IMG/VR virus record: IMGVR_UViG_3300037418_000840
DNA length: 64,000 nucleotides
Strand: one strand, 5' to 3'
Source of the DNA: a virus
Taxonomy: Duplodnaviria > Caudoviricetes
The position numbers were made by a program, and so were the translations under genes. Every line of letters begins with the position of its first letter. Position 1 is the stretch's first letter. The notes beneath the pieces are model-generated. The model was not told where the DNA came from and searched no databases. It saw only the letters and a list, made by a program, of their open reading frames with translations. This document shows, in pieces, positions 39,535 through 45,868 of this stretch.

Positions 39535-40051
39535 CAAGACTCGGAAGTACGAAGTATTGGACGTGACTACCACTTCGTGGGTGCCTGCTCACTGGGAGCA
39601 GCTTGACGAAGGAGACGTGGTTCGCAGTTGCGACTCAACGACTTACGATGGTCCTATGACCGAAGAGTACGTAGTGGCGCACCATCCGGCTCTCATGGTC
39701 GATGTAGTGAAGGGCCAATGTCGTAGACCAACCACCAAGTACAAGACGGTAGCCGGCGACACATTGAAAGCGTTGGCCGCCCGTCACGACGTGTCAACAC
39801 ACTTCATTCGCTACACAAACTGGATGCGTGATGAAGATGATGCGTCGCTCACAGAAGGGATCGAGCTCGAGCTTCCTGTCCCGACTCCGCGTCCGAAGTC
39901 AGAGCTAGATCTCAAGGTTGAACGTCTGCGCACAACTGCTCAAGCTATGATCGATGCCTTCGCACCCTACGTTGATCCCTCTTGGCCGTCCACCATTGAG
40001 TGGCAGAACTTCAAAGCTGCGTTGGATGCCTTTGGTACCGATCATGCGTGA
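39521..40051 (+). CDS. LysM-domain protein
   Basis: YKTVAGDTLKALAARHDVS....N......L..G.EL.LP. Confidence 0.7.
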   Translation: MRNLDKTRKYEVLDVTTTSWVPAHWEQLDEGDVVRSCDSTTYDGPMTEEYVVAHHPALMVDVVKGQCRRPTTKYKTVAGDTLKALAARHDVSTHFIRYTNWMRDEDDASLTEGIELELPVPTPRPKSELDLKVERLRTTAQAMIDAFAPYVDPSWPSTIEWQNFKAALDAFGTDHA

Positions 40052-40129
40052 GACTCGGTGATCGAATGTTGGTCCTCGTGTCTGAGAAGGCCCCAATTGT
40101 ATGAGGCAGCAGTAAATAGGTGAGCCAGT

Positions 40130-40207
40130 GCCCCGTTAGCTCTTAATTGGCAGAGCAGCGGATTTGTAATCCGAGGGTTGGGAGTTCGAGTCTCTCACGG
40201 GGCACCA
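40130..40207 (+). tRNA. tRNA-Thr(UGU)
   Basis: cloverleaf, loop TTTGTAA, ends ACCA. Confidence 0.92.
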
Positions 40208-40224
40208 TTCATCTAGAGGACATC

Positions 40225-40560
40225 ATGGCCAAGGTCAGCGTCAAAGGCACGTTTCACAAACAGGTCGAGGTCACACTCCCCGAATCGGAACTAGTCGATC
40301 ACGTGAAGGCCATCGTACGGCGACATCATAACATTCGTGAGGGCGATTTCCTTCGCGGAAACACGGTAGTCTACGATGATCCCGATCACCGACATGGTTC
40401 GATCCGAGAACTAGAACGTGGTCCAGCGTCTGAACTCCAGCTTCTCGGATTCCAGATCCTGGACTATCTTGGAAAGTTGAATCTCGTTCTCACGTCGGAA
40501 GAAAACCGGTCGATCATGGACTACGTACCGGGCCTACGCCGCCCCCAGTCCCCAATTTAA
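40225..40560 (+). CDS. hypothetical protein
   Basis: GAGGA RBS. Confidence 0.6.
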   Translation: MAKVSVKGTFHKQVEVTLPESELVDHVKAIVRRHHNIREGDFLRGNTVVYDDPDHRHGSIRELERGPASELQLLGFQILDYLGKLNLVLTSEENRSIMDYVPGLRRPQSPI

Positions 40561-40600
40561 CGTTCCTGTCGTTGCAGTAAATAGCACGGTAAGTCACGAA

Positions 40601-40676
40601 GCGAGCATACGTCAGTTGGTTAGACCACCGTCCTTCCAAGTCGGGAACCCGAGTTCGAATCTCGGTGCTCGCTCCA
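40601..40676 (+). tRNA. tRNA-Gly(UCC)
   Basis: loop CTTCCAA, ends TCCA. Confidence 0.9.
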
Positions 40677-40695
40677 TCCTTTCCGGGAGCTTTAA

Positions 40696-40950
40696 ATGCC
40701 CATCTTGGGATCGACTCCGTGTTGCGACAATCATCTGTGTGTCTGGCTTGAGAACGAGAACGAAGTACTCGGTAAGTGGTACAAACACCAGTGCGAACAC
40801 TGTGGAACTTGGATCTTCACGCTTCTGTCGAATCTGAGTCCGGTGTCGTACACTGAGGAAGCGTTCAAGGCTGAATACGAAATCGATGAAGCAACGAAGC
40901 AGATCAAGAAGCGCGAATCATCCGAAGGACAAGTCACAAGCGTGCCGTAA
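40696..40950 (+). CDS. small Zn-finger-like protein
   Basis: CC...CEHC. Confidence 0.55.
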   Translation: MPILGSTPCCDNHLCVWLENENEVLGKWYKHQCEHCGTWIFTLLSNLSPVSYTEEAFKAEYEIDEATKQIKKRESSEGQVTSVP

Positions 40951-40966
40951 ATACGGTAAGCACAGC

Positions 40967-41041
40967 GCGGGCGTAGTTCAGTGGTAGAATTCTTGCTTGC
41001 CAAGCAAGAGGTCACGGGTTCGACCCCCGTCGCCCGCTCCA
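40967..41041 (+). tRNA. tRNA-Gly(GCC)
   Basis: loop TTGCCAA, ends TCCA. Confidence 0.93.
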
Positions 41042-41120
41042 AGTTTCACGAACGTTCGTTCTGTCGTTTCGACTTGTAAGGTCCCCGTCTGAATTGACGA
41101 ACGTTCCCTTTGTCTTCTGT

Positions 41121-41196
41121 TCCGCTTAACGCACAACGGTGTGCGGCCGGACTGTTAATCCGTGTGAGTCAGGTTCGATTCCTGAAGGCGGAGCCA
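41121..41196 (+). tRNA. tRNA-Asn(GUU)
   Basis: loop CTGTTAA, ends GCCA; A at position 8. Confidence 0.88.
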
Positions 41197-41222
41197 CCAA
41201 TTCCATCGTCAACGAGAACAAG

Positions 41223-41507
41223 ATGAAACTCCTCCCACTGTATGACCGAGTCCTTGTCAAGCCCCTCGACAAGAAAACCGAATCGGGTATCGTGATTGCC
41301 GGTTCGTCTGACCGAAACGATCAAGGCGAAGTCGTTGCCGTTGGTCCGGGTCCGATCCTCAACGACGGGACACAGAAGCCTCTGGCTGTCCAGGTCGGCG
41401 ACACCGTGATGTTCGTCCCTGGAACCGGTCATCCAGTGAAGATCGACGGCGAAGACATGCGTGTCTTCCCCGAGTTCGAACTCGTTGGCATCCTCCGCGA
41501 GGACTAG
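41223..41507 (+). CDS. groES: co-chaperonin GroES
   Basis: LLPLYDRVLVK...TESGIVI...GEVVAVGPG...VQVGDTV. Confidence 0.93.
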   Translation: MKLLPLYDRVLVKPLDKKTESGIVIAGSSDRNDQGEVVAVGPGPILNDGTQKPLAVQVGDTVMFVPGTGHPVKIDGEDMRVFPEFELVGILRED

Positions 41508-41509
41508 AC

Positions 41510-41947
41510 ATGAGCGGACGCCCGGTCAAGATTCTTCACCTAATGGTGGGTTCGGACAATTGGAAGCCGACACACGAGGAGTTGATTCAAGTAATTGAAT
41601 GCTTCGAATCAGCGTGCGAAGGCGGGAAGAAGTCGTTGTCTGCCGACGCAGCGGCCAAAGAAACAATGGTCGCAGTGGCAACGAATCACGAAGTGAAATC
41701 GGAAGTCCTTTCCATAACGGAAGACGATCCGATTTATGTTCTCGCCAACTTTGAATCACTTCGCGAGACAATTGCCCGTCGACTCCTCAACGAATTCTTG
41801 ATCGACTCGGCAACGCATCAACCGTTACCGCTCGATGCCTCGAAGGACACGGTGAATGGCTTCCATCTTTGCCTCAGCAATTTGAAGAAGCGAATTGAAG
41901 AACTCCTCGCAGAGGAGACGAAGGTTAGCGACAACAGACAGGCTTAA
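41510..41947 (+). CDS. hypothetical protein
   Basis: packed after groES. Confidence 0.6.
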   Translation: MSGRPVKILHLMVGSDNWKPTHEELIQVIECFESACEGGKKSLSADAAAKETMVAVATNHEVKSEVLSITEDDPIYVLANFESLRETIARRLLNEFLIDSATHQPLPLDASKDTVNGFHLCLSNLKKRIEELLAEETKVSDNRQA

Positions 41948-42018
41948 CCAGATACCGAAATTTCTGGTCTGTCCTGGGTCGTCAAAACCGGGAACCGCGT
42001 CTAGACGCGACCCGGCCT

Positions 42019-42095
42019 CGGAGCGTAGCGCAGCCCGGTAGCGCATCTGATTTGGGATCAGAGGGTCGCAGGTTCGAATCCTGTCGCTCCGACCA
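42019..42095 (+). tRNA. tRNA-Pro(UGG)
   Basis: loop TTTGGGA, ends ACCA. Confidence 0.93.
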
Positions 42096-42109
42096 GTTTT
42101 GTTTCACTT

Positions 42110-42271
42110 GTCCAGGATGCCAGAGTGGTTTAATGGTAGCTGAGTGGCCGAGTGGTGTGCGAGTTCCTGAAAGGAGCCGTAGTTCTAGACTGCGAGCCTT
42201 TAAACGGGGACGGCGGTGTCTCAGGCTGCCAGTCAAACACCCACGTAGGTTCGAATCCTACCCTGGACGCC
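42110..42271 (+). ncRNA. oversized tRNA-like RNA (about 160 nt)
   Basis: GTCCAGG/CCTGGAC acceptor, D arm and T arm enclose 107 nt; ends GCCT, no CCA. Confidence 0.7.
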
Positions 42272-42508
42272 TTATGAACGACGATTTGGTATTTGGATAA
42301 AGGGCACAAACTTGAATGCCGTGTGCGGCGAGAAGTGTGGTCCTCCAGCCTAGAATCGTCGTCCATAAGGCTTGACTTCTTAGGTGTGCGGGTTCGAGTC
42401 CCGATCGCTGGCCGAGACTATGGTAGACACAGCGGGCGGTAGCCACTCCGTCCGTGGAGCGCGCGGCCGGTGGGCCGTCCCTAAAAGACGGAACACCTAA
42501 GAGGTTAA
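42269..42508 (+). ncRNA. two long-stem RNA domains, the second with a T-arm-first tRNA-like core
   Basis: 17-bp and 16-bp closing helices, back to back. Confidence 0.6.
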
Positions 42509-42509
42509 G

Positions 42510-42716
42510 ATGAACAGTCCAAGTGCAGAGCAGGTTAGACTCTCACGAGTCCGAGCAGGTCTCACTCAGAAGCAAGCTGCTTCAGTTGTCTACGTCGGCG
42601 AACGTATGTGGCAGCGGTATGAAGCTGGGACATATGAAATGCATCCAGGACTGTGGGAACTGTTTCGTTACAAGGTCTTCCACGTTAGACCAGACCCAAT
42701 CACGGCTGGAGACTAG
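42510..42716 (+). CDS. XRE-type HTH protein
   Basis: RLSRVRAGLTQKQAASVVYVGERMWQRYEAG. Confidence 0.75.
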   Translation: MNSPSAEQVRLSRVRAGLTQKQAASVVYVGERMWQRYEAGTYEMHPGLWELFRYKVFHVRPDPITAGD

Positions 42717-42717
42717 C

Positions 42718-42972
42718 ATGACGACCATGAACGTACGAGACTTGATCTACGAGACTAAGGAATACGAAGGTCCTCTCAACCTTCCAGGAAAATCCATTGA
42801 ATGCCCCGAATGCAAGATTTTCTACGAGGCTAGTAAATGGAGTGCATGGGATTGCCCATGCGATTCATGCGGATCGCATCCAATCTTACTGTGTCCTGAG
42901 CGCCATACATTTGATCCGTATGGTGGAGATGACTTAGACTTGCAGGTCAAAGACGATGGCGTTGATCAGTAA
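42718..42972 (+). CDS. Cys-rich Zn-binding protein
   Basis: CPEC, CDSC, CP..H. Confidence 0.55.
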   Translation: MTTMNVRDLIYETKEYEGPLNLPGKSIECPECKIFYEASKWSAWDCPCDSCGSHPILLCPERHTFDPYGGDDLDLQVKDDGVDQ

Positions 42973-43138
42973 TCGAGAATTCTTCGATCCGGAATTCTAC
43001 CGGTTCATGCAGCAAGATTTCGAGGACATACGACGCAGACGTAAGCAACTGAAAGGACGACCCGATTCTGAACAGATGGCCGTCCTTGAATGTGAGCGTC
43101 AGTTCGAAGCCTTCTACAAGAAGTTCCTCGATTTGTAG
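42956..43138 (+). CDS. hypothetical protein
   Basis: packed ORF. Confidence 0.5.
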   Translation: MALISNREFFDPEFYRFMQQDFEDIRRRRKQLKGRPDSEQMAVLECERQFEAFYKKFLDL

Positions 43139-43142
43139 ATTT

Positions 43143-43230
43143 GGAAATGTGGCTGAGTGGGTTAAGGCAGCGGCGTGCTAAGCCGTCGAGTCGCGAGGCT
43201 CCGTTGGTTCGAATCCAACCATTTCCGCCA
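43143..43230 (+). tRNA. tRNA-Ser(GCU)
   Basis: long V arm, loop GTGCTAA, ends GCCA. Confidence 0.9.
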
Positions 43231-43327
43231 AGTAGTTCGTCTCTGAGGCGTTGGGTCAGCACCAACCGGCTCTCTCGTGGATACGAGGGGGCTGTGGTCT
43301 AGCGGTAAGGGCGCAGGGACGAACGCT
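43231..43327 (+). ncRNA. circularly permuted tRNA mimic (YrlA-like topology)
   Basis: order: closing stem, T-like arm, loop-closed acceptor-like stem, D arm, closing stem. Confidence 0.7.
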
Positions 43328-43333
43328 CGTTGA

Positions 43334-43421
43334 GGAAGCGTGGCTGAGTGGGTTAAGGCAGCGGTCTTGAAAACCGTCGTCGGGAAACCGGCCGTGAGTT
43401 CGAATCTCACCGCTTCCGCCA
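43334..43421 (+). tRNA. tRNA-Ser(UGA)
   Basis: loop CTTGAAA, long V arm, ends GCCA. Confidence 0.93.
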
Positions 43422-43492
43422 TTGTCGCAGTCTTCGTGTCACGCGTGGATAACAGGCATCCTGTGCTTGCCAAGTCGGACACGGAAATTCAC

Positions 43493-43560
43493 GGACCACT
43501 AACTCAGTGGTAGAGCGCCTCGTTAGAGGTTGGTCACGGGTTCGATTCCCGTGTGGTCCG
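43493..43560 (+). ncRNA. tRNA-like RNA with 4-nt anticodon loop, no CCA
   Basis: canonical D and T arms; GCCTC-GTTA-GAGGT. Confidence 0.7.
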
Positions 43561-43603
43561 TGTCACCGATTCAAGATGGTGTAGTAAATACTAAGGTAAC
43601 GTC

Positions 43604-43689
43604 GGACGTGTAGTGTAAGTGGTCAAAACCAGTGGACTGTAAATCCGCCGCCTCGTGCTTCGTAGGTTCGAATCCTACCGCGTCCACCA
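43604..43689 (+). tRNA. tRNA-Tyr(GUA)
   Basis: loop CTGTAAA, ends ACCA. Confidence 0.9.
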
Positions 43690-43718
43690 CTTCCTTAGAC
43701 TAGTTAGAAATCTTAGAT

Positions 43719-43792
43719 GCGGCCGTATCTCAATGGTAGAGACCCGGATTGTGATTCCGGTTACGTGAGTTCGATTCTCACCGGTCGCCCCA
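43719..43792 (+). tRNA. tRNA-His(GUG)
   Basis: loop TTGTGAT, C73-CCA; T rather than G at -1. Confidence 0.9.
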
Positions 43793-43827
43793 TAGGCCAC
43801 GAAGGCGGTCGCATCTAAGATTTCTGT

Positions 43828-43904
43828 AGCGGGATAGAGCAGCTAGGTAGCTCGTCGGGCTCATAATCCGAAGGTCGGAGGTTCAAATCCTTCTCCCGCA
43901 ACCA
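43828..43904 (+). tRNA. tRNA-fMet(CAU)
   Basis: 1:72 mismatch, loop CTCATAA, initiator-like D arm. Confidence 0.88.
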
Positions 43905-43913
43905 CCGTGTTGT

Positions 43914-44037
43914 GATCGCACTAAGGTCGTAGGAATGGACTAATCATCCGGACCCCAATTTCCATGGCCGCGCAGTAACCTCGTTACTGAGCCGTCTGGT
44001 GGTGTAGACCTGTCGGGAACGTGTTCCCGACGCGATC
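43914..44037 (+). ncRNA. unassigned multibranch structured RNA
   Basis: GATCGC/GCGATC closing stem plus several perfect hairpins. Confidence 0.4.
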
Positions 44038-44066
44038 AGCCTTTAGCTGTAGATTGTGAGGTCTTC

Positions 44067-44258
44067 ATGGACGCTCAACAGTACAAAAGCGCTATAGACG
44101 CGCTCCAGGACGGACCTCAATTGGTGCCTCGTACAGTAATCTACGACGGAGTTCTTTACGAACGTCGTCCTACGATAAGTGTGTGCTGGACCCCGAATGA
44201 TGGTTGGTCTGTCAAAGAGTACGACAAGATCGAGACTCAAAGTTTGAAGGCGTCATAG
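44067..44258 (+). CDS. hypothetical protein
   Basis: GAGG RBS; stop overlaps tRNA-Asp 5' end. Confidence 0.5.
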   Translation: MDAQQYKSAIDALQDGPQLVPRTVIYDGVLYERRPTISVCWTPNDGWSVKEYDKIETQSLKAS

Positions 44259-44325
44259 AACAATTGGTTAGTTCACCGGCCTGTCACGCCGGAGGTTACG
44301 GGTTCGAGTCCCGTTGACGTCGCCA
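44249..44325 (+). tRNA. tRNA-Asp(GUC)
   Basis: loop CTGTCAC, ends GCCA. Confidence 0.93.
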
Positions 44326-44384
44326 GTTAAACGGCGCGCGAATGGACATGCCAGTCCATGGTTTGAAACTTCGCTCGGCGTTTC

Positions 44385-44472
44385 GGGTGAGTAGTTCAGT
44401 GGTTAGAACACGGGCGACGCCTTCTCCGGTAGAAATCGCCTGAGGTCGTAGGTTCGAATCCTATCTCACCCA
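44385..44472 (+). ncRNA. tRNA-like RNA with elongated anticodon arm, no CCA
   Basis: GGGTGAG/CTCACCC acceptor; 7-bp stem around an 18-nt insert. Confidence 0.7.
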
Positions 44473-44563
44473 TCTTGTTTCAATGGGACAGCATTCTGAT
44501 TGGTCAGCCATCGGCGTCTGTGTTGACGCAACGTGCGGACACAAGAGGAGTGCGGTCCCGCCC

Positions 44564-44641
44564 GGGACCGTAGCTCAACGGATTTAGAGTAGTGGCCTAC
44601 GAAGCCATTGGTTGGGGGTTCGAATCCCTCCGGTCCCACCA
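44564..44641 (+). tRNA. tRNA-Arg(ACG)
   Basis: loop CTACGAA, ends ACCA. Confidence 0.92.
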
Positions 44642-44653
44642 TTCATGCAGTAC

Positions 44654-44730
44654 AGTGGGGTAGCTCAGACGGTTAGAGCGTTCGCTTGATAAGCGAGAGG
44701 TCGGAGGTTCGACTCCTCTCCTCACTACCA
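44654..44730 (+). tRNA. tRNA-Ile(GAU)
   Basis: loop TTGATAA, ends ACCA. Confidence 0.92.
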
Positions 44731-44738
44731 AGAAGTCC

Positions 44739-44814
44739 GGACAGGTAACTCAGTTGGTAGAGTGCTAGACTGAAAATCTAGTGGTCGCTGGTTCGATTCC
44801 AGTCCTGTCCACCA
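44739..44814 (+). tRNA. tRNA-Phe(GAA)
   Basis: loop CTGAAAA, ends ACCA. Confidence 0.93.
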
Positions 44815-44853
44815 AGTTGTTTCAGTACCGTGTAGTAAATAGGTTGTGTCTGT

Positions 44854-44932
44854 TGGGGGTTAGCCAAGTCCGGTCCAAGGCAGTTGGTTTTGATCCAACC
44901 ATTCACAGGTTCGAATCCTGTACCCCCTGCCA
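44854..44932 (+). tRNA. tRNA-Gln(UUG)
   Basis: loop TTTTGAT, ends GCCA. Confidence 0.88.
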
Positions 44933-44943
44933 CTCACTCCTGT

Positions 44944-45018
44944 GTGTGATTCGTCTAGCGGTTAGGACACTGCCCTTTCACGGCGGTAACACGAGTTCGA
45001 ATCTCGTATCGCACGCCA
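44944..45018 (+). tRNA. tRNA-Glu(UUC)
   Basis: loop CTTTCAC, ends GCCA. Confidence 0.92.
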
Positions 45019-45042
45019 TTCATTGATTCATCGTTTCATGCA

Positions 45043-45118
45043 GGGGCTTTAGTTCAGCTGGTAGAACAGCGGTCTCCAAAGCCGCGTGTCGGGAGTTCGA
45101 GTCTCTCAGGCCCCGCCA
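45043..45118 (+). tRNA. tRNA-Trp(CCA)
   Basis: loop CTCCAAA, ends GCCA. Confidence 0.92.
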
Positions 45119-45128
45119 CCGTTTTTAT

Positions 45129-45191
45129 AGGGCGTCCCAGTCGTAGTAGTGTCGAACCCCCGTCGGCGCTGCTCGGGGACGCCCTCTTTTA
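45129..45191 (+). terminator. long hairpin with U-tract ending the tRNA run
   Basis: AGGGCGTCCC/GGGACGCCCT followed by CTTTT. Confidence 0.55.
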
Positions 45192-45209
45192 TACCCATAG
45201 AGGTTCCAA

Positions 45210-45524
45210 ATGTCCGCCCAAGACGTGAACGTGCGTGAAGTGCCCGGCAACATCTCGATCCCTGACCTGAGTGATTATCATGGAACAGTCGCTGAACTGG
45301 AGCTCAGGGTAAATGCGCTAGCTCACGTATATGGTGGCGACTCAATCATCTCGTTCGACGCCGGACACAACAACATCGAAGCAGTGCTCGTAACTCGGGC
45401 CAGTATCGACGCTCACACGAAGGCCGTTCAAACCAAGGCCGAACGTCGCTCGTCCAAGAGGCGCGAGAAGCTGCAACGGCGCATCGCCGAACTTCAACAG
45501 GAACTGGAAGACCTCCATGACTGA
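45210..45524 (+). CDS. hypothetical protein
   Basis: GAGG RBS. Confidence 0.6.
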   Translation: MSAQDVNVREVPGNISIPDLSDYHGTVAELELRVNALAHVYGGDSIISFDAGHNNIEAVLVTRASIDAHTKAVQTKAERRSSKRREKLQRRIAELQQELEDLHD

Positions 45525-45717
45525 TGAAGTCTTGGTGTTAGAGGCGGCACTAAAGGCTCTGACCCGTAGATTCGACGAATTCGTGGGTCAGTGCATGGAC
45601 GATGCGGGAAAGCCGCGTGCGCCGTCGCCGAAGGCACTGGCCCAGGCTCGTGCCTGCCTTCCGCCTGAAACCACAAAGAACGGATACGCGTCTAAGTTCA
45701 AACCGGCGGCGATGTGA
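45517..45717 (+). CDS. hypothetical protein
   Basis: stop overlaps tRNA-Cys 5' end. Confidence 0.55.
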   Translation: MTDEVLVLEAALKALTRRFDEFVGQCMDDAGKPRAPSPKALAQARACLPPETTKNGYASKFKPAAM

Positions 45718-45784
45718 CTGAGTGGTCTAAGGTCCGGGTCTGCAAAACCTTGGTTCGTGGGTTCGAATCCCACCATCGCCTCCA
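45708..45784 (+). tRNA. tRNA-Cys(GCA)
   Basis: loop CTGCAAA, ends TCCA. Confidence 0.9.
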
Positions 45785-45792
45785 TACGTTGT

Positions 45793-45868
45793 GGGCCGTT
45801 AGCTCATTGGTCAAGAGCCGTGGACTCATAATCCACTGGTGACGGTTCGATTCCGTCACGGCCCACCA
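45793..45868 (+). tRNA. tRNA(CAU), probably Ile2 (lysidine type)
   Basis: loop CTCATAA; GGGCC acceptor with C4-G69 and C5-G68. Confidence 0.85.

Noticed and set aside
42185-42187. Genome-wide TAG recoding (alternative genetic code) implied by the CUA hairpin
   Set aside because: TAG is the natural stop of clear conserved genes (groES 41507, ppiB 52651, RecD-like 59270), and long genes are not broken by TAG
42138-42244. Group I intron or tmRNA explanation for the giant tRNA
   Set aside because: Too short for known group I introns with no recognisable P7/J8-7 motifs; no G3-U70 Ala identity or tag reading frame
40731-45785. Minus-strand ORFs over the tRNA region (e.g. 40731-41042, 41982-42236, 43162-43482, 45588-45785)
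   Set aside because: Reverse-complement translations of tRNA genes
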